This document shows positions 45,507 to 58,913 of a DNA stretch of 64,000 nt, piece after piece. Numbering within the stretch: the stretch's first letter is position 1; every line of letters begins with the position of its first letter. The DNA comes from Gracilinanus agilis (taxonomy: Eukaryota). The position numbers and the translations under genes were made by a program. Under the pieces are notes generated by a model, which saw nothing but the letters and a program-made list of their open reading frames with translations, made no database searches and was not told the DNA's origin. The DNA lies in NCBI RefSeq assembly GCF_016433145.1, contig NC_058132.1, positions 203,993,543-204,057,542 on the forward strand, read 5' to 3'.

Positions 45507-46228
45507 TGTGATAATTAGATTAAGTCTACACTGCCCATCTTTAGATTTAATCACCAAAGGCGAGAGCACCTCCAATTCTGGGAGGTCTATAACCCACATG
45601 TGCTAGAGTGAGTGACAATCAGAATCAACTGACTGTCCCCTAGGCAGTACTATGAGAAGTATCTATTGTGAGTGGACACGCAAATTAGGGAGGAGACACA
45701 GGAAGTGATGCATAAGTGACCCCTTTAAAAGGAGAAGGTCTTCTGCTGGAGATGGTCTTCAGGTGAAGAGGGCAGCTGGTGAAGGAGCTCTTCAGAGTCT
45801 TCTAGTTTTCCTGGTTCGTGGAGGAGTCCTGACTGGAACTCCAAGACCTTGGTGAGACTGCTTTCAATATCTTCTTTAGAAGTCCACATGTGAGTTTAAA
45901 GACTGAATCTTTATTAACTTCTCTTAAGGAACTTCCCTTTAATAGACTCTGTGAATGAAGCTTTGTTTCATTCACCTCTGGGCCTCTGGCCCTCTGACTT
46001 TTGGCTGAGGGTTAATTAGATCTACCTGGATTAATTAGAGTATTGTAGTAATTCACCTACTTTGTTAGATTCTTATTTCTTTATTTCCTTTCTCTCTTCT
46101 CAATTGTAAATAAACTTCCATAAAAGTCAATTTTGACTTGAGATTATTCTTAATTGAGGATAATTGTTCAATCCTCTGGCCACCACCAATATATTCAACC
46201 AAAAAAACCCCATTTTCCCCCCCTTACA
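45507..46228 (+). mobile_element. ERV solo LTR inserted in a reversed SINE (about 45400-46333)
   Basis: TGTGATAA...CCTTACA. TSD CTTG / TTTG. AATAAA near 46109. Confidence 0.8.
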
Positions 46229-46699
46229 TTTGTCCAGGGTCACATAGCTAGAAAGTGTCTAAGGTCAGATTTGAACCTGGGACCTCCTGTCTCTAGGCCT
46301 GGCTCTCAATTCACTGAGCTACCCAGTTGCCCCTCAAATTTCTCTATTTTTAAAAATAATCATCAGAATGTGTCATTCTTGAGGGAGCATCCTTTCCAGC
46401 TGGCCCGGGGTTAATCTCAAACTCTCCCACAACAGTCTGGTACCACTCAGAACTCTGGAACTCAAGCAGTCCAGTACACCAGCCTCAGCCTCCTTATTAT
46501 CAGGGATTACATTCCTGGGCCCATCCTTTGGGGTTTTTTTCTTTTTCTTTTTTTTTTTTTTTTAAATCCTTACCTTTTGTCTTAGAATAGATACTATGTA
46601 TTGGTTCCAAGGCAGAACAGAGTAGTAAGAGCTAGGCAATTGGGGTTAAGTGACTTTCCCAAGGTCACTCAGCCAGGTAGTGTCTAAGGCCACATTTGA

Positions 46700-47580
46700 T
46701 TTTGCTTTATTAATTCTTGCTGTCTTATGAGTTCTTTAGCTTCTATTTGCCCAATTCTAGTCTTTAAAGACTGATTTTCAGCTATGATCTTATGATTTTC
46801 CTTTTCAGTTTGGTCTATTCTGCTTTTCATGGCTTCCAGCAGGTCAATTCTGGTCTCCAATTTGCTTATTACTTCATTTGATTTCTGTGCCTCTTTTTCC
46901 ATATGGGCAATTTTGTCTTTTAAAACTGTTATTTTCTTTTTGTATTACTTTCATTTCTTTTTCCCCATTTTTCTTCTGTCTTTCTTACTTGGTTCTTGAA
47001 CTCCTTTTTGAGTTCTTTGAGAGCTTGTGTACAATTTCCATTTTTTAAAGAAAGTTTGGATGTGTTTACTTGTTTGTCACTCTCTGCTATTGTCTCTATT
47101 TTGCTCTTTTTCTCCATAGAAATTATCCAGGGTCATGAATTAGTTTTTGTTGTTGTTGTTGTTTTTCCCCTGCTTATTTCTTTTGCCATAAGTGGATTGG
47201 GGTTCCTGCATGTTGATTGCTTTCTTAGCTTCTGTCTTGCGGGGCTTTGCTTTGGTAATATCTTCCCTTTCCAGTCAGAAGCCCCAGTGAGGGTAGGCAA
47301 TGTGCTGTTCTTTGTGTAGCATGCTTTAAAACGTTTTGCCCTGAGACTATCTTTCCAGCCCCTGCTGCCTTGGCTGTGGCCAGCCTTGTTTCTGCCCAAA
47401 TTCTGCACTCTTCAGCCTCAGCCTCAGGTCTCAAATCTTGCTGCCAAGGCCTTGCACTGCCCTCTGAGGCCAAATTTGAACCCATCTTTAACCCTGGCTC
47501 TCTGCCCACTGAGCCACTTAACTGTTCCTTTTTGGGGTATTTTCCAAGGAATACTACTTCAGGAGCTTGAATTTCCTACT
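46700..47580 (-). mobile_element. L1 5'UTR and ORF1 N-terminal coiled-coil fragment
   Basis: ORF 46684-46902 (MEKEAQKSNEVISKLETRIDLLEAMKSRIDQTEKEN) resembles marsupial L1 ORF1p. Confidence 0.75.
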
Positions 47581-47889
47581 CCCTCATCTTGACTGGAAAA
47601 CTAAGAACTCTTTTGTTGCAATAAAATTTCAATGGAAATTGAAGACAACAGATAAGAGATGGCAAGGCCATTCAATAGTACTTGCCAAAAATGTGGGAAT
47701 TTGTTTTGCTTAACTATATCTGTTAGTAACCTGTTTAGTAACTGTGGTTTTGTTTTAATGAGAGGAGAGGAGGTTGAAAAGAGAGAAAGCAGCACTTCAT
47801 TTGAAAATAAAATTATTTAATTTTCACAAAAAAAATTGCTTTTTTTTTAATTCCAAAATTTAAGAAAAAGTAATTGCTAAATGAGTAAC

Positions 47890-48130
47890 AATTCCTCATC
47901 TACAAAATGAAGGGGCAACTATGTTATTCAGGTGTCTTTGTTCAATCATTTCATTTGTGTCGAATTCTTCATGACCCCATTTGGGGTTTAGCAAAGACAT
48001 TGGAGTAGTTTGCCATTTCCTTCTCCAGATTATTTTCCAGATAAGGAAACTAAGGCCAACAGGGTTAAGTGACTTGCCTAGGGTCACACAGCTAGTAAAT
48101 GTCTGAGGCTAGATTTGAACTCAGGAAGAT
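47890..48130 (-). mobile_element. MAR1-type SINE
   Basis: RTE-like tail plus CORE. Confidence 0.7.
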
Positions 48131-48391
48131 GCATCTTGTTTATTTTTTATATTTTTATTTATTTTTTAAATTTTTATTTATATTTTTAGAATATTTTTCC
48201 ATGTTTCCATGATTCATTTTCTCTCCCTCCTTTCTTCTCTCCCCATCCCAGAGTTGACAAGCAATTCCACTGGGATGTACAAATGTTGTCACTTGATATC
48301 TATTTCTATATTATTCATTCATTTTTGCTATAGAGCGATTTTTTAAAAGCCCAGTCCCCAAATCACACACCCATATAGACACGTGATAAAC

Positions 48392-48898
48392 TGTGAGACC
48401 TTTGACAAGTCATTGACAACCTTGTTTTATGGAACTCCCAAATTTACCTTTGTTCCTTAGGAACTTGTTTTCCAGGAACTCCCAGGCTGACCCCTGGTTT
48501 TAGACTGAACAATAATAGTAGTAGATACAATCAAACCTTAAGTACCCTTTTGTCTTGGAAATTTCTCCCATTGTATCCAGGCCTCTCCCAGGGAGCCCAG
48601 CCCTTAGCTAGCATCCTCCTTCTCTGGCCTCTGGGTAAGCCAGTCAGTCATCCTTCTTTTCCTATTTCCCCTAAAAGGTATATTAAGACCCCAAAATCTC
48701 TCAGCTCCCATTCCCCAAAGGAGTATCCTTCCATTCCCCTATTTCCAGGCAGAGCCCTAAAAGGCTGGGCTGTCTTGAGCTCGATGCTCCAGGGGTCACT
48801 CTGTCCCCTTTGGGGAGTTCTCTGCAGCCCTTTATCCAGTACTTGCTGACCCTGGCCCTTACCTTACCTAGCCAGGCTCCCCTCAGAGAATCCACTAT
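48392..48898 (+). mobile_element. ERV solo LTR
   Basis: TG start, TATA-like ggtatattaag, and similarity to 37343-37528. Confidence 0.6.
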
Positions 48899-48913
48899 AG
48901 AAGTCCCATTCTA

Positions 48914-51345
48914 TTTTTTTTTTTTTAAACCCTTACCTTCCGTCCTGGAGTCAATACTGTGAATTGGCTCCAAGGCAGAAGAGTGGTAAGGGTAGGCAAT
49001 GGGGGTCAAGTGACTTGCCCAGGGTCACACAGCTGGGAAGTGTCTGAGGCTGGATTTGAACCTAGGACCTCCCGTCTCTAGGCCTGGCTCTCAATCCACT
49101 GAGCTACCCAGCTGCCCCTCCCATTCTTATAGTACTCGAATGACAAAGCATGTTCCTTGCAACCACCTTGTGAGGTAAGGAGTGCCAGCATCCTTACCAT
49201 TTTACAGATGAGGAAACTGAGGATTAGAAAGTCAATCACTATCCTATGATCATACAGTGGGGACCTTGCTGAACTGGAATTCAGATTTAGGTCTTGATGA
49301 CAAGTCTAGCATCCTAGAGATTGCATTTTCCTTTAAAAGAAGATGATAGGGGGCAGCTGGGTAGCTCAGTGGATTGAGAGTCAGGCCTAGAGACCGGAGG
49401 TCCTAGGTTCAAATCCAGCCTCAGACACTTCCCAGCTGTGTGACCCTGGGCAAGTCACTTGACCCCCATTGCCTACCCTTACCACTCTTCCACCTATAAG
49501 TCAATACACAGAAGTTAAGGGTTTAAAATTAAAAAAAAAAAGATGATAGGAGGCTGCTCAGTGGTTTGAAAGCCAAGCCCAGAGATGGGAGGACCTAGTC
49601 TCAGACACTTCCTAGCTGTGTGACCCTGGGTAAGTCACTTAACCCCACTGCCTAGCATAACCCCAATTGCCTTGGAACCAATACACAGTATGGATTCTAA
49701 GACAGAAGGTAAGGGCTTAAAAAAGAAAGAAAATGATAAATACTTAAAAGGGACAGGCATTCAGAAAAGAAAGATCTTTGTGGGTTAGAGTCAACAGGGA
49801 AAGTTTCAAAGAGGAAAGGGGACCTGGACTGAGTCTGGAAGTATGTATGGGTTGGATTTGATAAAAGAGGAGAGATTGGAAGAAACTTCAGGCAAACCAG
49901 AGATTAGCATATAGGGAGTGGTGATAAGCAAAAGTATTGAGGTGGGAAATAAGGTATATTAGAGAAACAATAGATCTGTTTGGCAAGAAAAGGTGGATTA
50001 AGAGCCAGGTCCAAAGATAGGATATCCTGGGTTCAAATCTGACCTCAGACACTTCCTAGCTGTGTGACCCTGGGCAAGTCACTTAACCCCCACTGCCTAG
50101 CCCTTACCACTCTTCTGCCTTAGAACTGATACACAGTATTGATTCTGAGACGGAAGGTAAGGGTTTAAAAAAAAAGGTTCAAGAACACAGCCAAGACTAG
50201 CAGTAGGCAAGGTAGATGACAACACAGGATATACCATTAAGGGAGTGACACAATGACAAATACTCTTCTTTTTAAACGCATGCCTTTTTTCTTGGAATCT
50301 AGACTAAGCATTAGTTCCAAGGCAGAAGAATTATAAGAGCTATGCAATTGGAGTTAAGTGACTCACCCAGGGTCACATAGCTAAGAAGTGTCTGAGGCCA
50401 GATTTGAACCCAGAACCTTTCTTCTCCTGGCCTGGCTCTTTGCCCAGTGAGCCACCCAGCTGCCCCTTAGATTATATTTTTCTTAAATAATATTGTTTTG
50501 GTCACTTCTTTTGTGTGCAAGTCAATCAACAAACCAATTAACAAACAGATCAACTAAACAAATGAAGCATCTACAGCAACCCAGGATAGAGTATGAAGGA
50601 GGGAATGAAGGGAAGGACACAATACTTTTTAAAATTTTATTTATTTATTTATTTATTTTATTTTAAACCCTTAACTTCTGTGTATTGACTTATAGGTGAA
50701 AGAGTGGTAAGGCAATGGGGGTCAAGTGACTTGCCCAGGGTCACACAGCTGGGAAGTGTCTGAGGCCGGATTTGAACCTAAGACCTCCCATCCCTAGGCC
50801 TGGCTCTCAATCCACTGAGCTACCCAGCTGCCCCCCACAATACTTTTTAATTTAACAGATACTTCAGAGAATTTCTGATCTCATCAATGTGTGATGAGAG
50901 ATAAAAAAAATGAACTCTCTGAACTCTCTGAACTTATATTGTACTGGGGAGATAGGTGTTCCCAGACAAGTAAATACAGGCAGAGTCCTAATCTCAGAGG
51001 GCTGAGTGATCTGAAAATAGCCTTCACACTGTGTTTGTGTAGGGAGATAGGAATCCTGATTGGCTGAGAAAATACTGGGAGAGAAAAGCAGAGAAGGGAG
51101 AGAGGGGGCCTGAAGAGAAGGGGAGCACTCCTGGAGCCCCAGAGGCATGTTGGGAAAAGCTAGCATCCCCACAGGCCCCTTGATTTCCAGCATCAGGACC
51201 CACCACCCCAAGATTTTTTTTAATCTTTTTTTTTTTTTAAACCATTATCTTCTGCCTTGTAGTCAATACTGTGTATTGGGTCCAAGGCAAAAGAGTGGTA
51301 AAGGCTAGGCAATGGGTCTCAATCCACTGAGCTACCCAGCTGCCC
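48914..51345. mobile_element. dense SINE1 cluster (about 7 copies, both orientations)
   Basis: Minus: 48914-49118, 50290-50466, 50632-50836, 51225-51345. Plus: 49349-49541, 49550-49730, 49995-50175. Several have TSDs. Confidence 0.9.
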
Positions 51346-52299
51346 CACCCCCACCCCAAGATTGCCAGGAAAGGTGACAGGTTTGATCATTCCTTCCCCA
51401 CTTGAGCTGAGATTTCCTCTCATTCCTGGGTGTTGGGCCCTCCAACTCTTGTCTATCGATGGCCTTAACTCATCTATATGACCTCCTTGATTATTGCTTC
51501 TTTTGTATAATAAGCTTATGGCAAGGGGTAGGAAGAGAAAGCTGCTGCCCTCCACATCTGGGGCCCACAACACCTCCTGAGCCAACCAGGATCAATCACT
51601 CTTATCCTGACCCTTGGGAAAAAGCATACTTCAAAAAATCTGATTATGATAGATAGATATAATTATAAGCCCAAACTTCTGGGTCATATGAGCAAAAGAT
51701 GATTGATTAGGCATTTTCTCCGATCTCCATGACTTCTCAAACTTCCTCAAAACAGAAATTATGTGCCAAACACAATAGAAGGTTAAAAAAACCCCAAACC
51801 AACCAAGAATTGATGCTCAGTGACCCTGAGCTGGCTCAGCAAGCCTCCCCCACCTTGCATGCTACCAGCAATGAAACTGCACTAACAGGCTTATATCCAA
51901 ACCCATCCCTACCTGCTAAGTCCCCCTCCTCTTTCCAGTGCCATACAGACCCCTGATCCAAGCTATGGAAGTTTCCTTGGTTCTCAACACTCAGGTTGAT
52001 CATAGTCCTCTACAGCCCAGAAGTTGGGGAAAGCAGGCTCCAGACTGCTGGTACTGGACCAGAAAACTAAGGAACAGGGAGAGGACAGACCACCAGCACA
52101 GGCCACTGGGCTGTAGGGAGCTGTGCAGAACTCCACCAAGTCTGAAGGGACCAGCATAGTATCCAGCTGGGGCCAATTTTGACCACCACCAAGTCAGTTG
52201 GGGCACAGCGCCCCCCCCCCCCCCCAGCTGATGAACCATGAGTTGACCAATGTGGCAGGAGCTTGAGATACTTTTAGGATCTATCCCACAAGAAACCCA

Positions 52300-53400
52300 C
52301 AATCAGAGAGGAGGGAATTAGGAAGCAAGAGATAAGGAAAATAAAAAGGGAGGGAAATTGAAAGTACCAAAGATTACAGGAGGAAGAAATCTCAAAGACC
52401 TTGAATATAAACAGATACATCAACATAGAAAAAACAGGAACAAAAGAAAATATGGCATCCAAATCTCATAACTGAGATCGAGGCATCTAGGAATAAATAC
52501 TACAAAACACAAGGAAATGTTCCAAAACCTGATGAGACAAGGGATCCTTTGGGATTTGAGAAAAACATGGAACTCTGACACACTGTTCCTAAGTGGTTTA
52601 AAAGAGAATGAGAATTTTGAGAGCAGAATTTATGTCCTTCACTAAAATAATGAGCAGAATAGAACTTGAATCTATAATGGCAAGCCTCATCAAAGAAACA
52701 AGAGAGGACAATGGCCTGGGAATGCAAAAACCCAGAAGTGAAAGACAATCTAGAAGAAGAGAAGCAAAAAACAAAACAAAACAAAACAAAAAACCCAGTA
52801 AGAATATAAAAAGAAAATAAGTTTATTATGTAAGCAAACCATACGGATCTCTAAGACAATGCATAAAGACAAGCTAAGGATCTTAGGTTTCCCAGAAGAA
52901 GATGACAGACAAAAAGCCTGATGAAGGAAATAGAAGAGAATTCCCCAGAAGTTCTAAACCCAGAAAATAAAATCCCAATTTTAAAAATTCACAGGATCTC
53001 CTCCAGAAGAAAAAAACAACAACAAAAAAAAACTGGGCTGTTAAGTCGAAGACATATAGTGATTAAACCTAATAATTCAATCAAAATAAAAACAAGTTGT
53101 GCAAGCCATCAAGAGAAAAACTTTCAAATACAAAGGTAAGGACACTCTAATAATGTGAGACTATTCTGAACCCTCTAGAAAAGGGAGGAGGGAATGAAAT
53201 GATGTGTTCTAGACAATGATGGAGCTCTGGTGACCTACCCTGCAAGTCTGAGAATAACCATACCGGAATAAAAAAAGGTGGACATTCAATAATAAAGAAG
53301 AGTTTGAAACATAAATTAAAAAAAGCAAAAAATACACTTCAAACACACCAGACAACAGAAATACAGGAGTGAATAAATGCAAAATAGCAATAGTGATAAC
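52300..53400 (+). mobile_element. old L1/HAL1 ORF1-like remnant
   Basis: Degenerate ORF1-like peptides at 52608 and 52921 (KEIEENSPEVLNPENKIPILKIHR..RHIVIK). Confidence 0.5.
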
Positions 53401-53475
53401 AGAAAGACTTCTTTCTAAATGTACCCTAGAAGACAGGAATGAAGGCAGATATTTGGAAGAGGGAAACGTGGACAG

Positions 53476-54455
53476 TGTTATGTGGGTAATTTGAGGAAAG
53501 GTGTTTGGGATAAGGAAAATTGAAAGGAGGATGTTGGAGACTTGCTAAGTGGGTAATCTCGGTTTCAGGTAGGCTGGGATTAAAGGAGATTCAGGGTATA
53601 ATAGGACTGAAGTCAGGAGTATAACACAGAAGGGAAACAGAGATCTTTTAGGAAGAAGAGAAGTTAAACTAAACAGACAAACACAGCAGGCTTACAGACT
53701 GGGACTTAGACTCAAACACAAGCTGAGGGAAATAGACTAGACTGAAATTAACAAACAGGCTTTAGTTAATTTCACAGGAAGGGACCTATTTTGAAGTAAC
53801 ACCTTCCTCCAAGATGGATGCCCCAGCTTCCCTCTAAGCCCAGAGTATGTTGTCTCTTTCCCTCTTCTTCCCTCTTGATAACTAACAGACAAATTACACT
53901 AATAGGGCTATTGAAACACAAAAGGGTTTATTTTGTTTGAAGGATGTTTGTTAGGAAGGTGGATCAAAGGAAAGCCCTATCAGTTGTCTCAGGAACCTCA
54001 GGTGGGGGAAGGGAAGTAAAGATGGAGTCTGAGTAAAGACCTGCCTTTAAACTCAGCTTTACAAAATGCTATTTCTATCTAAAGGGAATAAATGATGACT
54101 GTCTAACTATAACTAATGCTGTCAATTAGATAACTCTTCACAGATTTAACTCCTCTCTAATTACTCTCCTTATTAACTCCACAGACACTAAGGTAAGGGA
54201 GGGAAGGCAGGGGTGGTGTTAGGAAAGGAAGATATAAAGGGTTTATCTAAAATAATAATTTCTTAAGTAGATATATCAAAGTTAGGCTAAATTTCAATAT
54301 TAAGTTAGATAATCAAAGCAGCTAGCTCATTGACCACCTCCCTCTATGGAAGATCCAGTCAACTGCCTCTTTCCCTCAAGATTCCAAAACCTAACAGCTT
54401 TTGGAACTCAGCCAAAGCTAGAAGAAACTATATGACCCTAATTCTGTATACTACA
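53476..54455 (-). mobile_element. reversed copy of the 38252-39217 solo LTR family, TSD ACAG
   Basis: Both termini are reverse complements of that LTR. TSD at 53472-53475 and 54456-54459. Confidence 0.9.
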
Positions 54456-54501
54456 ACAGGTGCTATTATAGACAGGATCTGGAGGCACCCAACCTATAGA
54501 C

Positions 54502-54696
54502 CAGTGGTTCCCAAAGTTTTTTGGCCTACCACTCCTTTTCCAGAAAAAAAATATTACTTAGTGCCCCTGGAAATTAATTTTTTAAAAATTTAATAGCAAT
54601 TAATAGGAAAGATAAATGCACCTGTGGCCATCACCACCTCCCTCGATCACTGCAGCACCCACCAGGGGGCGGTATCGCTCACTTTGGGAATTACTG
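54502..54696 (-). mobile_element. Charlie-type hAT MITE (family C, second internal variant)
   Basis: TIRs CAGTGGTTCCCAAAG / CTTTGGGAATTACTG. TSD CTATAGAC / CTATAGAT. Confidence 0.9.
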
Positions 54697-56284
54697 CTAT
54701 AGATGAATGCTTCTTTTGTGGAACTACATTAAAACATGGGAGGGTACATGATGGGGGAAGAGTAAAGGAAGGGGATAGAGAAGAGTGACTGATGCACAGG
54801 GGTCAAATCAAAGGAAGCAATGAGGGGAAGGTGATCTCTGGTCTCAGAAAGAAAAGAGCCTTCCTTCAGAAGTGGGAGGGATGAAAATTGGCAGTGGGCA
54901 GTGAGAGGCAGTAATTGAAACAAGACACTTGTGCTCTGAAATCTTGTATTTCTTACCAGTTAGCCCTAGTTAAACATCAACTGTAAAATCTGTAGCTTCA
55001 GCAAGTCAAACATGAATTGCGGAATCTGTATTGTTGATCAGTTACTCATTCTGAACCATCAACCACCTACACTGCATCTATAATGTTCTTATATAGAACA
55101 TCAGCTTTGTGATGCTGTTTATTAATTACTCATATTTTTCTTTTATTTACCTTAGTTCTGAACTGCAAGGATCTTGCTGGATTTCCTTCTCCCACCATCT
55201 TCCCATTCCAGAAGGGTATTGAGAACTCTCCCACATTGACAAAGGGGTGGGTGGGTGGGGACAGGACATGGGACATGGGACCTGCTAAGGATTCTGGTAT
55301 TCCATAAGGGTCCCCCAAACCCACACGTGCTTCTTATTTCCTATGACTTATGTGTCAAACACAATTATTTATTAATCAGTGAAGACATCCTGACCCGGTC
55401 AGTTGACTCTGCACAACACAGCAAGGTGAGAGAAGGCAAAAGGGGGGGGGCAAGAGAGCAAATTCCTCTTGAGGGGCCAACATATACTCCTTGTGACTGC
55501 ACCACTTAGTCCTATCCTTGAATATCCAAGACATCCACCTTTGGTAAATAGCCCCCGAGGAGGTAGAGTTAGAGGCCTCAACTCCTCATTCATTACTTTA
55601 TCACAGAAAGAGGCAGATCTTTGTTCATATTAGGGAAGGACATCAACACATCCTTTCCTCCTCAACAAGTGTCTGAGTCACTGTATCCAACAGTGGCTAG
55701 GGCTTGTCAACCTCTCTTACCTAAGAGATTTCTTATTTACAAATAAGGAGCATGTCTCTACTTTGCCTCTTAACAAAATCCAGCCCAGTGAGATGCCTTG
55801 ATGCCTGGAAGTAAATTACTTTAGCTTAGAACCTGGCTGACCTTCAAAACCTGAGGTTTCAGAAGATTTTATAGAAAAATTATTACAATATTAATTTTCC
55901 ACAGGGAATAGAAATCTATAAACAGATAAAAGCAGAGAAGAGCTAATAAACAAAACCCTAAAGGCAAGGGAGTAGCAATTGAAAAGAAGGGATGAGTGAG
56001 GGAAAAAGAGGCAGTGGGTACAAGAACACTTTAAAAAAAAGATTTAAGTATTTTATAGCATGAGGAGGAAAGGAAAAGAGGGAAAAAATAACTAAAAAGA
56101 AAACAATTTAAGAGAAAGATGGAGTAAAATATAAACCTCATAACTTTTTTATTCCAAATTTTACAAAACCAAATAAAACAGGCATTTTCACAAAGGAAAA
56201 GATTATACATAAGCAAAAACCACAAATCTCTTGTAGGTTTATTTTTCTTCCTATCTATATAAATTTCATCCATTTTATCAATTT

Positions 56285-56460
56285 ATAACTTTAAAGGTGA
56301 ATGGATTAAATAAGCCAATAAAATGAAAAACAACAGATTGGATAAGAAAGCAAAACCCTATAACTTGTTGCTTGTAGGAAACAAAATTTTACAATAACAA
56401 TGCATAAAAAAAAGCAAGGAGTTGGAAACAAATTTACTATAAAGTGAATCCAAAAAAAAA
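56285..56460 (+). mobile_element. degenerate L1 ORF2 endonuclease start
   Basis: gtgaatggattaaataagccaataaaa...gttgcttgtaggaaaca resembles the NGLNSPIK..CCLQET segment. Confidence 0.55.
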
Positions 56461-56477
56461 ATTGTCATCATTCTATC

Positions 56478-56700
56478 TGTATAAGTGGACATTTTCCACC
56501 TTTAGAACTACCTACCCCAGAATTCCTTTTAATCTCTCCACCACATAGTGTGGTCATGTTTTGTATATAGTTTGCTTTAAGCACTTCCTCTTTTTCCCCC
56601 CACATTCGGGGCTAAGGAAGGTGGCTTTTTTTAATGTTAGTTATTAATAAATCTTCTTAAATATAATACTTAGAATATTGGATACTAATTTTAAAACTCA
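56478..56700 (+). mobile_element. short solo LTR (same family as 1061-1310)
   Basis: TGTATAAGTGGA...AACTCA, with shared internal motifs. Confidence 0.55.
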
Positions 56701-56724
56701 TATAAAAGAAAAAAAAAAATTTGA

Positions 56725-56912
56725 GGGGGCAGCTAGGTAGCTCAGTAAATATCAAGCCAGGCCTGGAAATTGGAGGTATTGGGTTCAGACACTTCCTAGC
56801 TGTGTGACCCTGGGCAAGTCACTTGAGCCCCACTGCTTTGCCCTTACCACTCTTCTTACCTGGAACCAACATTTAATATTGATTCTAAGAGAAAAGATAA
56901 GGGTTTTTAAAA
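56725..56912 (+). mobile_element. SINE1-type SINE
   Basis: Head, core and tail. Confidence 0.8.
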
Positions 56913-57469
56913 ACCCAAAACATTTGATCTTAAAAATCACATTTACTTCCACATCAGGTTATGATTTAAAAATGATAATTCCAATGTCACAAAAAATTTT
57001 TAATTGTTATGGAAATGCTGATGGGTCTCTTTCAGTTTCTGAGTTTCTATTTGTTGTACTCTTGGTTTCATCTATAAATGCTCTTGGGATAATCCAGAAC
57101 CAAATGTCCTATAAGGCACCTTAAACTTAATACATCCAAACAGAGTTCCCTAAACCCTCTCTTCTTCCAAACTTTTTTTTTTTTACTGTCCTGGATACCA
57201 TTTCCTGAAGCTCTCCAACATTTGTCATTTTCCTACAACAAATGGGCTCTGTACATTCTTAAATTATAGATCCAATGTTGGGGGGGAATGGGAGAGCCCA
57301 GGAAATAATTCCCCAATCTCCCAGCCATAAAAGCCTTTATGGCTCTTGCTGGATTCCCATCCTCCCTTCTATAGGGCTCATTCTTCTCTCTTACCAATTT
57401 TTTTGTGCCTGGGGTAGGTATAAAGAAAGAAAATGGACACCTAGAGACAGGTTGTAGAAAAGCGAATAT

Positions 57470-57475
57470 TTTATT
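57470..57475 (-). terminator. HYOU1 polyadenylation signal AATAAA
   Basis: TTTATT on the + strand, about 1.5 kb past the stop codon and just before repeat-derived sequence begins. Confidence 0.7.
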
Positions 57476-58844
57476 GAAACCATTTCTCAATTAACGTCTC
57501 AAAGTACAATTTGACTCAAAACTGTCCAACCAGCCTCAACTCCTAGTCAAAGAACCCAAAATGCACAGGAGGGGAGGGAAGGCAAGACCACTAGAGGTCC
57601 CTGTTTCTGCCAATGTGGCAAAAAAGAAAAAAAAAGGAAAAGAAAAAAATAAAGACACAGACACAACATAGCTCCCCTCCAGGTGGAGCAATATTCCCCA
57701 GCCCTGATGCAGAACCCTGGAGCTAGGCTCCAGCAGGGAAAGCTTCCCCATAGGGAAGAGATCCCATTCCTGGATCTACAGCAGAAGCTAAAACCTTCAC
57801 CTCTTCTCTCCTCAAGGAACCGACTTATTACCCACCACCCCTACTTCCACCTCCTGGCTCCTCGGACGTTCTGGAGGAACCAAAGGCATTTGGCATTCCT
57901 GCCCCGATCTCCTTGCCCTCTCCCCCCACCACCCAGGGAGCCAGGGCTCACAGTAGAAAGCACATTTTGTTCTGCCCAGGGGTAGGCTGTGCCTGGGAGA
58001 CGGCGGCAGAAGGGGTGATTGGATCATCCGAGGCATAAGAGGGACAGAGCAAGATATGGACGGTACCTGCTGGTAGCTGTCACTCCACACCTACCACCCC
58101 CCAGTTATCTTCCTTATCTCCCCAGCCACAACCCAAACAGCTTTGCTGTCTCTGCTCCCCCGGGAGTGAGCTCAGGCCCTGTTCAGATCAGAACTTCTGG
58201 ATTTGTAACCTCCCTCATCCTGCCTCCCTGCCTTCACTACAAGGGATGTCCTAGGTGCAGATGAGTCCATCCATGCTCCACCTCCTAACTCCAATAGGAA
58301 GTGAGGCCACAGGTAAGAGAACAGAGCCCTGGTTTAGACTGAGTAACCCCCAGGAGCAAATGCAACAGGGTTGATTTTTTTTAGGGGAAAGAACATGGGG
58401 GTGGGAGGGAGGGGGTGGCTGAGGAAGTAGAGAATAGGGTCCAGGTAGGCAGGCAGCCAGACATCCAACTCAGTGACCAAGAGGACACTGGCTCCTTTAG
58501 TCTCCCTTGCCTCCCCCCAAATAAGTGCACACAGGACAGCGTTTTGTTTAGTGGCCATGGAGATTTGGAGAGAAGGTGGATGATCCAGAGGGGAAGATCA
58601 GACACCCCTCTCCTCAACTCTCCTCACCCCTTTCCAGGCAGACCTTGATCTCCAAGGGTACACACAGAAGTCCCTGTCTTTCCTGATGTATCCTCGAACC
58701 CTGCCTATCTCTGTGGCCTATTTGCCTGCTAGTCCCTACCTACCTCTAGGCAGAGCAAGAAAAGGTCGGGTGATTTTGAAACATTCAAGGTGTTGTGTTG
58801 CCAGAGCCTGGGAAAGAGGTCACAGTGCCAATTTAACCCCTCAA

Positions 58845-58913
58845 AGCCTCCCCCCCACCAAGAAGAAAAAAGGGAACGGGGGGCTGCTCCTTCATTCTCC
58901 TCCTCAGGGACCC
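58845..58913. repeat. 69-bp inverted repeat arm A (HYOU1 3'UTR)
   Basis: Reverse complement of 62180-62248 at 66 of 69 positions. Confidence 0.95.
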
